This document shows, one piece after another, positions 17,576-27,106 of a DNA stretch of 64,000 bases. A program made the position numbers and the translations under genes. Every line of letters starts with the position of its first letter. The stretch's first letter is position 1. Source of the stretch: Deltaproteobacteria bacterium (GTDB taxonomy: Bacteria; Desulfobacterota; Binatia; UBA12015); contig VGTG01000004.1 in the NCBI GenBank assembly GCA_016874795.1, forward strand, positions 11,734 through 75,733. The letters run 5' to 3'. A model generated the notes under the pieces. It searched no databases. It was not told the DNA's origin and saw only the letters and a program-made list of their open reading frames with translations.

Positions 17576-18691
17576 ATGGAATTCGACTCTCTTCCGTTGA
17601 TCTCCGCCGACAGCCACGTCGAGGAGCCGCGCGACCTCTGGGCGAAGAACCTGCCGCCGTCGCTGGTCGAGAATCTCGCGCCCGAGCTTCGCGATGGCCA
17701 CAGCCCTTCCGGCTCCTTCGCGGACAGGATCGGCGTCGAGAACTTGCAACGGATCGACGCGCTGACGCGCTCGGACGACGCCGTCGAGATGCAGTCGATG
17801 GCCGACCTCACGACCGATCCCGAGCGACGCCTCGCCGTCATGCGCCAGGACGGCATCGCGGGCGAGTGCATCTATCCGACGATGGGACTCTACGTCTGGA
17901 ACGCGGAGAGCCGCGAGGCCGGCGAGGCCGCGTGCCGGCTCTACAACGACTGGATCTTCGATCGGCTCGAGCGCCGATCTTCTCGCTTTCGCTGCGCTGC
18001 GATGATTCCTACGTGGGACGTCGGGGCCGCGATCGCCGAGATCCGTCGGACCGCGGCGATGGGGCTCGCTGCGGCGCTGCTGCCGCTCGTCGGGACGCCG
18101 GAGTACAACCACCGCGACTGGGAGTCGCTCTGGAACGAGCTCGACGAGATCGGAATGCCGGTCGTGATGCATCAGGGAACGGGTCACAGCATGCTTTTCT
18201 ATCGCGGCCCCGGGGCGGCCGTGGCGAACCTCCTCGCGACGCAGTCGATGGCTCCGCGGGGAGCGACGCTGCTCGCGACCTCGGGAGTGCTGGCCGCCCA
18301 TCCGGATCTGCACTTCGTATTCGTGGAGACCAACGCGAGCTGGCTCGCCTGGGCGATGAACACGGCCGACCACTACGACCGTGCCTTCCGTCAGTATCCG
18401 GGTTGGGTTCGACCCGAGCTGAGGGAGAAGCCAAGCGTTTACATGGCGCGCCAGATTCACGGCACGTTCCAGTACGACCCGGTCGCGGTTGCGAGCATCG
18501 CCCAGACGGGATCGGACCCGCTCTTGTGGGGTTCGGACTTCCCACATGCCGAGGGGACGTATCCACACTCGCGCGCCTCGGTGGCAGAGCAGTTCGCGGG
18601 CGTCGCCGAGGAGCAGGTGGCACGCATGGTCGGGGGCACCGCTGCGAAGCTCTTCGGGTTCGCGCCCGAGGTCTCGAACACACCCGTCTGA
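17576..18691 (+). CDS. Amidohydrolase-2 family (PF04909-like metal-dependent hydrolase)
   Basis: MEFDSLPLISADSHVEEP is a His-X-His metal motif, with a C-terminal WGSDFPH. It is paralogous to the 30364 gene. Confidence 0.8.
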   Translation: MEFDSLPLISADSHVEEPRDLWAKNLPPSLVENLAPELRDGHSPSGSFADRIGVENLQRIDALTRSDDAVEMQSMADLTTDPERRLAVMRQDGIAGECIYPTMGLYVWNAESREAGEAACRLYNDWIFDRLERRSSRFRCAAMIPTWDVGAAIAEIRRTAAMGLAAALLPLVGTPEYNHRDWESLWNELDEIGMPVVMHQGTGHSMLFYRGPGAAVANLLATQSMAPRGATLLATSGVLAAHPDLHFVFVETNASWLAWAMNTADHYDRAFRQYPGWVRPELREKPSVYMARQIHGTFQYDPVAVASIAQTGSDPLLWGSDFPHAEGTYPHSRASVAEQFAGVAEEQVARMVGGTAAKLFGFAPEVSNTPV

Positions 18692-19860
18692 TGCACGGCG
18701 CTGCTGCGATCGCAGGAATCGGCGAGTCCACCTACTACCGGCGGGGGGAGTCGCCGTACACCGAGTTCCAGCTTGCGTGCATCGCCATCCGGCGCGCCGT
18801 CGAGGATGCAGGTCTCGAGCTCGCCGACGTCGACGGCTTCGTGTCGTATCTGGATCAACGGAACAACCCCGTCCGCCTCGCCCGCGCTCTCGGCCTGAAG
18901 GAGCTTCGCTGGACGGGCATTCCGTGGGCCGGTGGCGGAAACAGCATGGCGGCGGCGGTGCAGGTCGCGGACGCCGCGGTCGCCGCAGGCTACGCGCGGC
19001 ACGTCGTCGTCTTCCGCGCGCTCGCGCAGGGGCAGTTCGGACGCTTCGGTCAGGCCGGAGGAAGCGGGGGCGGCGGGGGCGGCTACATGGGCGGGCCGTT
19101 CGCCTGGAACGGCACCTACGGCATTCTCACGCCCGCGCATCAGTGCGCCCTGCACGCGGCGCGATTCATGCACGATCACTCGATCTCGCAGGAGGCGCTC
19201 TGCGAGATCGCGCTCGCCTGCTACGCCAATGCGCAGCGGAACTCGCGTGCGCTGCGCTTCGGGAAGCCGCTCACGCGCGAGGAGTACCACGCCTCGCGCT
19301 GGATCGTGAAGCCGTTTCACCTCTACGACTGCTGTCCGGAGAACGACGGGGCTGCAGCCGCCGTCGTCACCACGAAGGAGCGCGCACGTGACCTGAGGCA
19401 TCGGCCGGCGGCGATCGTCGCGGCGGCTTCGGGGATCGGCCCGCCCTACGGCGTCTTCGACGGAGCGACGCTCGGGTCGGCTCATTACCGGCAGGTGGCG
19501 AAGCACCTCTGGGAGCACGCTGGCTGCGGGCCCGACGACGTCGACGTCGCCCAGTTCTACGAGAACTTCACCGGGACTGTCCTGATCGCGATGTGCGAGA
19601 TGGGCTTCTCCTCACCGGACGGGATCGAGGAGTTCGTCTCGGGCGGACGTCTCGTCGGCCCCGACGCCGCCCTTCCGTTCAACACGAGCGGAGGGAACAT
19701 CGGCGAGGCGTACATCCACGGTTTCGAGATGATCAACGAATCGGTGCGTCAGGTCCGCGGCGAATCCACGTGCCAGGTGAAGAGCGTGGAGCGCGCCCTC
19801 GTGGTTGCCGGGCCGGGCTACTGTCCCGGGAGCGCGGTGCTCCTCGGAGCGCCGCAATGA
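18691..19860 (+). CDS. Thiolase-like protein, SCP-x / nonspecific lipid-transfer-protein type
   Basis: About 390 aa with a thiolase fold. Start and stop overlap the neighbours (TGATG, ATGA). It is immediately followed by a DUF35 gene. Confidence 0.8.
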   Translation: MHGAAAIAGIGESTYYRRGESPYTEFQLACIAIRRAVEDAGLELADVDGFVSYLDQRNNPVRLARALGLKELRWTGIPWAGGGNSMAAAVQVADAAVAAGYARHVVVFRALAQGQFGRFGQAGGSGGGGGGYMGGPFAWNGTYGILTPAHQCALHAARFMHDHSISQEALCEIALACYANAQRNSRALRFGKPLTREEYHASRWIVKPFHLYDCCPENDGAAAAVVTTKERARDLRHRPAAIVAAASGIGPPYGVFDGATLGSAHYRQVAKHLWEHAGCGPDDVDVAQFYENFTGTVLIAMCEMGFSSPDGIEEFVSGGRLVGPDAALPFNTSGGNIGEAYIHGFEMINESVRQVRGESTCQVKSVERALVVAGPGYCPGSAVLLGAPQ

Positions 19861-20291
19861 AGCGCGTCCTCGGCGAGAGCTGGGCGGTGCCGAGCCTCGA
19901 TTCCCACAACCGCGACTTCTTCACGAAGGGCGTCCTGACGCTGCAACGGTGCACGCAGTGCAAGCACGTCCAGCATCCGCCCGAGGACGTCTGCGAGGCG
20001 TGTCAGGGTTTCGAGCTCGACGGCTTCGCGAGCGCCGGCGTCGGCCGGATCGAGAGCGTCGCCGTGGTGACGCAGTCGGTCCACCCGCTTCTCGCGGATC
20101 GCGTCCCGTACGCGATCGTCCTCGTTTCGGTCGAGGACGCGCCGGGCATCCTCGTTGCGGGCAATGTCGTCGGAAGCGACGCGGACGCGGTACGCATCGG
20201 TGATCGCGTCCGCGTCGTCTTCGAGGACGCGACCGACCCGAGGAGCGGGGAGAAGCTCGCGATCCCGCAGTGGGAAGTGATCGACGCATGA
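19857..20291 (+). CDS. DUF35 / OB-fold plus zinc-ribbon protein (thiolase-associated)
   Basis: CTQCKHVQHPPEDVCEAC is a C4 rubredoxin-like zinc ribbon followed by an OB fold. This is the characteristic partner of SCP-x thiolases. Confidence 0.75.
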   Translation: MKRVLGESWAVPSLDSHNRDFFTKGVLTLQRCTQCKHVQHPPEDVCEACQGFELDGFASAGVGRIESVAVVTQSVHPLLADRVPYAIVLVSVEDAPGILVAGNVVGSDADAVRIGDRVRVVFEDATDPRSGEKLAIPQWEVIDA

Positions 20292-21532
20292 AGGAGAAGA
20301 AGCGCGCCCTCGAAGGCATCCGCATCTGCGACTTCACGGGCCAGCTCGCCGGCGCCGGCGCCACGAAGTGGCTCGCGGCCTTCGGCGCGGACGTGATCCG
20401 CATCGAGGACCCCGTGAACCAGGGGGCCTGGGACATCCTTCGCATGATGCCGCCGTTTGTCGACGAGCGCCGCGGACCCGACTTCGGCGGTGGCTTCAAC
20501 AACCACAACGCCGAGAAGCGCGGCATCACGCTCAACCTGCGCACCGAGCGGGGCAAGGAGCTGCTCGCCGCCCTGGTCGCGCGCTCCGACGTCGTGACGG
20601 AGAACTTCGCCGCCGGCGTCCTCGAGCGCTGGGGCTTCGGATGGGAGTCTCTCCGGCGGATCAAGCCCGACATTGTCTACGTCTCGAACTGCGGCTTCGG
20701 CCACGTCGGACCGTACGCGTCGTTCAAGACGTGGGGGCCGATCGTGCAGGCCGTCTCGGGGCTCACGTTCACGTCGGGCCTGCCGGATCGGGAGCCCGCG
20801 GGATGGGGCTTCAGCTACATGGACCATACGGGCGGCTACTACATGGCGATGGCCGTCCTTCTGGCGTTGCTCCACCGCCAGCGCACGGGCGAGGGGCAAT
20901 GGGTCGACATGGCCTGCTGCGACGTCGGCTTGACGCTGAACGGTCCCGCGATCCTGGACTACACGGTGAACGGCCGGCCGATGCGTCGCGCGGGGCAGCC
21001 GAACGGGAACCGGAGCGATTGGCCGCGCATGGCGCCGCACGGGATCTACCGTGCTGCGGGCGAAGACGAGTGGGTCGCGATCGCTTGTCGAAGCGATGCC
21101 GACTGGACGGCGTGCGCCGGCGTGATCGATCGCGACTGGGCGCGCGAGACGCGCTGGTCGACGCTCGCGGGGCGCTTCGAAGCGCAGGACGAGCTCGACG
21201 AGAAGCTGACCGAGTGGTGTCGCGGGCGCGACAAGTTCGAAGTGCAGCGTCTCTTCCAGGCGGCCGGCATTCCCTCGGCAGCGGTGCAGAAGCCCGGCGA
21301 GCGGATCGATCGCGATCCGGCGACTGCCGAGATGGGACTGTGGCCGATCGTGCGCCACAGCAAGATGGGAGACGTGCGGGTCGACGGATTGCCCGTGCGC
21401 TTCTCCGAGACATCGTGGACGATCGCACGTGGCAGCCCGTGCGTGGGCGAGCATACGCAGGAGGTCCTCGGCGAGCTGCTCGGCCTCGGCGCCGAAGAGA
21501 TCGCCGACCTTCGCGCTCGAGGTGTCGTGTGA
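20288..21532 (+). CDS. Family III CoA-transferase (CaiB/BaiF/Frc family)
   Basis: GIRICDFTGQLAGAGATKWLAAFGADVIRIE is the N-terminal Rossmann signature, and the catalytic-Asp region is GWGFSYMDHTGG. Confidence 0.85.
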   Translation: MKEKKRALEGIRICDFTGQLAGAGATKWLAAFGADVIRIEDPVNQGAWDILRMMPPFVDERRGPDFGGGFNNHNAEKRGITLNLRTERGKELLAALVARSDVVTENFAAGVLERWGFGWESLRRIKPDIVYVSNCGFGHVGPYASFKTWGPIVQAVSGLTFTSGLPDREPAGWGFSYMDHTGGYYMAMAVLLALLHRQRTGEGQWVDMACCDVGLTLNGPAILDYTVNGRPMRRAGQPNGNRSDWPRMAPHGIYRAAGEDEWVAIACRSDADWTACAGVIDRDWARETRWSTLAGRFEAQDELDEKLTEWCRGRDKFEVQRLFQAAGIPSAAVQKPGERIDRDPATAEMGLWPIVRHSKMGDVRVDGLPVRFSETSWTIARGSPCVGEHTQEVLGELLGLGAEEIADLRARGVV

Positions 21533-22821
21533 GCGCGCTCACCGGCATCCGCGTGATCGAGCTCGCGCACGAGCGCATCGCGTTCGCGGGAAAGCTCCTC
21601 GGCGACATGGGCGCGGACGTCGTACTCGTCGAGCCTCCGGGCGGCGCGCCCATGCGCCTTCACGAGCCCTTCGTCGACGACGTCCCGGATTCCGAGCGAA
21701 GCCTGACCTGGTGGCACTACAACACGAGCAAGCGAGGCATCGTCCTCGACTGGCGGCGGGGCGACGGCCGCGAGGCGCTCGCGTCACTCCTCGCCGGCGC
21801 GGACGTCCTTCTCGAGGCGGAGGATCCAGGAGCTCTCGCAGCGGTCGGGCTCGGCGACGCCGTGCTGACCGGCTCGCTTTCGCGACTCATCCACGTTTCG
21901 CTGACGCCGTTCGGGCCGACCGGCGAGCGGCGAAACGAGCGAGCCACCGATCTCACGCTCCTCGCGGGCGGCGGTCCGGCGTGGAACTGCGGCTACGACG
22001 ACCACGATCTGCCGCCGATCCGCGGCGGCGGCGGCCATGGCTACGCGATCGGATGTCACTATGCAGCGATGTCGACTCTGACCGCGCTTCTCCACCGGGA
22101 GCTCGGCGGGCGAGGGCAACGGATCGACGTGTCGATGCACGCCGCCGCGAACGTGACGACGGAGATGGGCTCGTACAACTGGCTCGTCCAGAAGCGGACG
22201 GTCCAGCGCCAAACCGGTCGTCACGCGATGGATACGCCCTCGATGCCGTCGCAGGTCCGCTGCGCCGACGGACGCTACGTCAACACCGGCGTTCCGCCGC
22301 GCACGCCGCAGGAGTTCGGCAGGCTTCTCGCGTGGCTGCGCGCGCTCGGGCTCGAGGCGGAGCTGCCCGAGGCCGTCTTTCTCGCCCTCGGCGCGGAGCG
22401 CGAGCGCATCGACCTCTCCAAGATCGGGTTCGACGACGAGACGACAGCGATCTTTGCCGCGGGCCGCGAGGCGCTCGTTCTGATCGCGAGTCGCGTCTCT
22501 GCGGAGGACTTCTTTCTCGGCGCACAGAGGGCCGGGCTGCCCGCCGGTGTGATCTACTCTCCCGAGGAGGCATTCGAGGATCCGCACTTCCGCGCGCGCG
22601 GCATGCAGATCGAGGTCGAGCAGCCGCAGCTCGGTCGGACGGTGCGCTACCCGGGACCGCCCTATGCCTTCGAGAAGAGCAAGTGGGCGATCTCACGCCC
22701 CGCTCCGACACTCGGTCAGCACACCGAGGAAGTTCTCTCCGACGCCGGGCTCGACGTCGCCTCCCTCTCGCGGAGCGGCGCTCTGGGGCGGCCCGCTGCC
22801 GTGCAAGCGAAGGACGGCTGA
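21529..22821 (+). CDS. Family III CoA-transferase (second, adjacent paralog)
   Basis: GIRVIELAHERIAFAGKLLGDMGADVVLVEPP. The GTG start overlaps the upstream stop. Confidence 0.8.
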   Translation: MSALTGIRVIELAHERIAFAGKLLGDMGADVVLVEPPGGAPMRLHEPFVDDVPDSERSLTWWHYNTSKRGIVLDWRRGDGREALASLLAGADVLLEAEDPGALAAVGLGDAVLTGSLSRLIHVSLTPFGPTGERRNERATDLTLLAGGGPAWNCGYDDHDLPPIRGGGGHGYAIGCHYAAMSTLTALLHRELGGRGQRIDVSMHAAANVTTEMGSYNWLVQKRTVQRQTGRHAMDTPSMPSQVRCADGRYVNTGVPPRTPQEFGRLLAWLRALGLEAELPEAVFLALGAERERIDLSKIGFDDETTAIFAAGREALVLIASRVSAEDFFLGAQRAGLPAGVIYSPEEAFEDPHFRARGMQIEVEQPQLGRTVRYPGPPYAFEKSKWAISRPAPTLGQHTEEVLSDAGLDVASLSRSGALGRPAAVQAKDG

Positions 22822-22823
22822 GG

Positions 22824-23489
22824 ATGGCGGGTGCTTTCACCCGAGCCGGAAGGTCGCAACGGGCCTGGGAGGAGCGCGCGCTGGATCGCGTGCGGCAGCA
22901 AGCGCTCCAACGGGGACACCGGGTCGTCAAGGCCGCACGCGAGATCGTGAGCGAAGGGGGACTCGAGTCGCTTACGCTACGCGCGGTCCTTCGGAAGACC
23001 GGCCTCGCACGGCGCGCCTTCTACGCGCACTTCGAGAGCATGGACGACGTCCTCTTGGCTCTGTTCGAGGATACGATGGCTCACGGCGCCGCGCGGCTCC
23101 GGGAGCAGCTGGCGGGGATCGATGATCCGATCGTCGCGCTGGAGAGGCTCGTTCGTGCGATCGCGTCTGGCGCCCTGTCGTCCTCGGATCGCGTGTACAA
23201 CATCGCGATGACGCAGCAGCACGTCCGTCTCGCCGAGCACCGACCGGACGAGCTCCACGCCGCACACGCTCCGATGAACGAGCTCATCGCCGACGTTCTG
23301 CGCGCCGGGATCCAGGCCGGAGCCGTGCGCGAGGCGGACGCTTCGAGGCTCGCCGAGATCGTCCACGCGCTCATCTCGACCGAGGTGCACCGGAATCTCT
23401 ACCGCGGCGCCGACGACACCGAGTGGATCGACGACCTCTGGGAGTTCTGCCTCGGAGGGATCGGGCGCTCCACGCGGCGCCGTCGCTAG
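22824..23489 (+). CDS. TetR/AcrR-family transcriptional regulator
   Basis: N-terminal HTH LTLRAVLRKTGLARRAFYAHFESMDDV. Confidence 0.8.
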   Translation: MAGAFTRAGRSQRAWEERALDRVRQQALQRGHRVVKAAREIVSEGGLESLTLRAVLRKTGLARRAFYAHFESMDDVLLALFEDTMAHGAARLREQLAGIDDPIVALERLVRAIASGALSSSDRVYNIAMTQQHVRLAEHRPDELHAAHAPMNELIADVLRAGIQAGAVREADASRLAEIVHALISTEVHRNLYRGADDTEWIDDLWEFCLGGIGRSTRRRR

Positions 23490-23526
23490 TCCGCTTCGGC
23501 CGCGGGGGCCGAGTCCATCCGCGGCC

Positions 23527-24462
23527 TCAGAGCTGCGACGCCACGTCGTGCATGAAGCCGGCGGCGAGATCGAGAAAACGTGCGCGCGACTGCACCGCAC
23601 CGCTTCCCGGCAGGGCGAAGCTCACGCCCGCGTAGGTCACGCCGATCTCGCGGAGCCGTCCTGCCTGCTCGACGTAGGCGGACGCTTCGAACCCGGGCGC
23701 TCCGTAGCTGCCGACGCCAATCGGTCCGAACATCACGTCGAGTGGTGCCGTCCGTCCGACCTGCGCGGCGTGACTCCGTGCGTACTCGAGCCGCGCCTGC
23801 AGATCGTCCAGGCTCTCGAGCGGCGCCGAGCGAACGAAGCGCGCGAACGCCTTCGGTGCGGGCATCGGAATCCACCCGTCGCCGTGCTCGACGGCGCGGC
23901 GCAGCGCGCGGCGCGTGTTGCCGCCGATCCAGACGGGAGGGTGCGGCCGGCGCGCCGGCCTCGGCAACGCCACGTGGCCGTGTGCTTCGAAGCCCTCTCC
24001 CGTCACGTCGATCGTCTCGCCGCTCCAGACGCGCTTCATGACGTCGAGCGACTCGTCGAGACGCTCGTTGCGGGTGTCGAAGCTCGTACCGAGCGCACGG
24101 AACTCCGGCTCGAGGTAGCCGGCGCCGGTGCCGAGGATCACGCGGCCGCCCGACAGCGAGTCGAGCGAAGCGATCGCCTTGGCCGCGAGGAACGGATTGC
24201 GGTAGCCGACGATGTAGAGGTTCGTCATCAATCGAAGACGCGTCGTCGCCGTCGCTGCCACCGCGAGCACGACGGTCGGCTCGAGAGCGTGATGACCGCC
24301 CCTCTGGAGGAACTTCTCGGGCGGGATCGGATGGTCCGTGACGAAGACGCCCTCGTAGCCGAGCGACTCTGCGGCTCGCGCCATCTCCGCGACGGCTTCG
24401 GTCGTCCCGAACTCCTCGTGCCGCTCTACCTCGTCGGTCGGAAGTCCCAGGATGAAACGCAT
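23527..24462 (-). CDS. Luciferase-like monooxygenase (LLM) family oxidoreductase, likely F420-dependent subclass
   Basis: TIM-barrel LLM motifs (VFVTDHP..., LGTGAGY). Assignment to the F420 subclass is by family resemblance only. Confidence 0.75.
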   Translation of the reverse strand: MRFILGLPTDEVERHEEFGTTEAVAEMARAAESLGYEGVFVTDHPIPPEKFLQRGGHHALEPTVVLAVAATATTRLRLMTNLYIVGYRNPFLAAKAIASLDSLSGGRVILGTGAGYLEPEFRALGTSFDTRNERLDESLDVMKRVWSGETIDVTGEGFEAHGHVALPRPARRPHPPVWIGGNTRRALRRAVEHGDGWIPMPAPKAFARFVRSAPLESLDDLQARLEYARSHAAQVGRTAPLDVMFGPIGVGSYGAPGFEASAYVEQAGRLREIGVTYAGVSFALPGSGAVQSRARFLDLAAGFMHDVASQL

Positions 24463-24489
24463 TCGATCCTCCCCGCGCGAGATACGCGC

Positions 24490-25140
24490 CTATCCGAGGC
24501 TCGACGCCGCCTTCACCGCTTCGCGGAGGGCCGGCCGCGCGATGCGGAGCGCCTCGGTCGCCAGCGCGCGAAGGCTGCCCCCCGCACGCGACGAGACCCA
24601 CGAGTCGATGGCCGAGCGCATCGCGCCGTTGGCGAGGGTTGCGATGAGCCTCGGACGCAGGTCTCCGGCACGGCAGCGGAGCTTCGCGGCGAGGACTTCG
24701 GTCATCTCGTTCACGAGCCGATCGTTGATGCTGAGAACGGCGGCGCGGAGCCCGGGCTCGCGCGCGTACAGCCGGGCTCGCTCGCGGAAGAAGGCGGGGT
24801 CGGTCTCGAAGGCGTCGACGACGGTCATCATGGCGCTGCACGTCGCGGTCCAGACGGAGTCGGTCTCGAGCCGATCCTCGAGAGTCGAGATCAGCTCCTT
24901 GCGCCGCTCCTCGTGGCCGCCGAAGAGGACTTCCTCCTTCGTCGCGAAATGGTGGAAGAACGTCCGCGGTGAGACGTCGGCTGCATCCGCGATCTCGTCG
25001 ACGGTCGTCGCGTCGTAGCCCTTCGTGCGGAAGAGCTCGAGAGCGGCGGCCGTGAGAGCGCTTCGGGTTCGATCGCGCCGGCGCTGCCAGCGGTTGGGAG
25101 GCGCGGGCCTCGTGGCGGCGGAAGAGAGAGCCGTCGTCAT
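24490..25140 (-). CDS. TetR-family transcriptional regulator
   Basis: LELFRTKGYDATTVDEIADAADVSPRTFFHHFATKEEV is a TetR HTH. The start overlaps the upstream enoyl-CoA hydratase stop (ATGA). Confidence 0.75.
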   Translation of the reverse strand: MTTALSSAATRPAPPNRWQRRRDRTRSALTAAALELFRTKGYDATTVDEIADAADVSPRTFFHHFATKEEVLFGGHEERRKELISTLEDRLETDSVWTATCSAMMTVVDAFETDPAFFRERARLYAREPGLRAAVLSINDRLVNEMTEVLAAKLRCRAGDLRPRLIATLANGAMRSAIDSWVSSRAGGSLRALATEALRIARPALREAVKAASSLG

Positions 25141-25931
25141 CGAACCTCGTCCACCGTCCAGCGAGGAGCGCGCTTCTCGGCGAACGCCCTCATGCCTTCG
25201 AGATAGTCGGGATGGTTTTGCTGGTGATGCAGGATGTGTCGCCATCCGACGTCCTTCGCGTGGTGAAGCCCGACGTTCAGGCCCTCCCAGATGGCTCGAA
25301 TCGAAGCCTGTACGGTGGCGGGTGAGAGCGTCGCGATGTGCGCCGCCATCTCGAGCGCGCGCGGAAGGAGACGCTCGCGCGGTACGACCTCGTTCACGAG
25401 GCCGATCTGAAAAGCTCGCTCTGCAGTGATCGGTGCTTCTTTCGTCAGGAGCGCGAGCTGCATCACCATCGCGAGCGGGATCTTCCGCGAGAGCCCGATC
25501 GCCTCGAGCGCGAAGACGTTGCCGACGGCGCAGTGCGTATCGAGGAATTTCGCGTCCTCGGTGCAGATGACGAGATCGGCCTCGGCGACGTGGTGCAATC
25601 CGCCGCCGACGCACATGCCGTTCACCGCGCAGACGACAGGCTTGAAGACGTCGTGATGGGCACGCGAGCCGGGTACCTTGTTTCGCGTTCGCCCCTCCGC
25701 AGCGGTGGCCTTGACGTCCTGACCGACCGTGAAGGCACGATCCCCGGCGCCCGTGACGATCGCGACGCGGATGCGCGGATCCTCCCGGACGAGCTTCCAC
25801 GCTTCCCCGAGCTCGGTCCGCATCCGGTCGTTCGACGCGTTGAGCCGCTCGGGCCGGTTCAGCGTGAGGACCGCGGTGTGACCATTCTCCACCCGAAAGA
25901 GGATCGTCTCGAAGACAGCCTCGTTCGCCAT
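25137..25931 (-). CDS. Enoyl-CoA hydratase/isomerase family
   Basis: MANEAVFETILFRVENGHTAVLTLNRPERLNA...AVNGMCVGGG is crotonase. Confidence 0.8.
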   Translation of the reverse strand: MANEAVFETILFRVENGHTAVLTLNRPERLNASNDRMRTELGEAWKLVREDPRIRVAIVTGAGDRAFTVGQDVKATAAEGRTRNKVPGSRAHHDVFKPVVCAVNGMCVGGGLHHVAEADLVICTEDAKFLDTHCAVGNVFALEAIGLSRKIPLAMVMQLALLTKEAPITAERAFQIGLVNEVVPRERLLPRALEMAAHIATLSPATVQASIRAIWEGLNVGLHHAKDVGWRHILHHQQNHPDYLEGMRAFAEKRAPRWTVDEVR

Positions 25932-26017
25932 CGTGCTCGCTCCTGCGGGTTGACACCAAAACTGCAGATCATGCATAATTGCAGTAACTGCAGTATTGCG
26001 CAAGGAGTCGCGAGCGA

Positions 26018-27097
26018 ATGAAGTTCGGAATCTTCCTGCTGGGAGACAAGCCGCCGGGCGTCGGGGATCGCGAGGTCTTCGCGAACCTCCTGGAGGAGGC
26101 GCGGTGGGCCGAGGATCTCGGGTTCGACGCCGTCTGGCTCGCCGAGCACCACTTCTCGCCCTACGGCATGATCTCGAGCCTTCCCGTCGCGGCCGCCGCG
26201 ATCGCGGCGGCCACGGAGCGGATCCGCATCGGGACGGCCTGCATGGTCCCGGCTTTCCACAACCCGATCCACCTCGCCGAGCAGATCGCGATGGTCGACG
26301 TCCTGAGCGGCGGCCGATTCGAAGCCGGCTTCGGACGAGGCTACCAGGCGCACGAGTTCCGGGGATTCGGCATCCCGATGGAAGAGAGCACCGCGCGGTT
26401 CCGCGAGGCGATCGCGATCATCGAGGGACTCCTCGCGAACGAGCGCTTCAGCTACGACGGGCAGTTCTGGAAGGTCGACGACGTCGCGCTTCATCCGCGG
26501 CCGGTGCAGAGGCCGATGCCGATCTACTGCACGGTCATGAAGACTCCTTCGAGCTTCGAGTGGATCGCGGAGAAGGGCTACCGCGCTCTCATCGGCAATC
26601 CGTATCAGGTCGATCCCGAGCTCTCGGCCGGGCTCCGTCTCTTCATCGAGTCGCACGAGCGCCGCGGGCTTCCGACGGGGACGGAGAGCGTCTGGGGTCT
26701 ACTGAATTCGTTCGTCCACGAGGACGAGGCGTTCGCTCGTGACTATCCGAAGCGGAGCACCGATCTGTCGATCGACGCCCACAAGAAGTACTCGAGCCCG
26801 TTCGAGCGCGGCGGAGCGGTTCCGGAGGACTACAGGAAGTACTCCGACTGGTTCGACGCGCACGACGACCAGCAGTACGAGACTATCCTGAATCTGGACT
26901 TGACGCTCATCGGGAGCCCCGCCACGGTGATCGCGAAGCTGCGCCGGGTCGTGGAGATGGGCTGGAGCAACCTGATGCTGCGGATGAGCCGAGGCGGCGC
27001 GATGGAGCGGAAGCACGTCTTCCGCTCGATGGAGACGTTCGCACGCGAGGTGATTCCCGCGGTGCAGGAGATGGAGCTGCAGCGCTGCTCCGCCTGA
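26018..27097 (+). CDS. Luciferase-like monooxygenase family flavin/F420-dependent oxidoreductase
   Basis: MKFGIFLL...AVWLAEHHFSPYG is the LLM N-terminus. Confidence 0.8.
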   Translation: MKFGIFLLGDKPPGVGDREVFANLLEEARWAEDLGFDAVWLAEHHFSPYGMISSLPVAAAAIAAATERIRIGTACMVPAFHNPIHLAEQIAMVDVLSGGRFEAGFGRGYQAHEFRGFGIPMEESTARFREAIAIIEGLLANERFSYDGQFWKVDDVALHPRPVQRPMPIYCTVMKTPSSFEWIAEKGYRALIGNPYQVDPELSAGLRLFIESHERRGLPTGTESVWGLLNSFVHEDEAFARDYPKRSTDLSIDAHKKYSSPFERGGAVPEDYRKYSDWFDAHDDQQYETILNLDLTLIGSPATVIAKLRRVVEMGWSNLMLRMSRGGAMERKHVFRSMETFAREVIPAVQEMELQRCSA

Positions 27098-27106
27098 CGT
27101 GACGCC

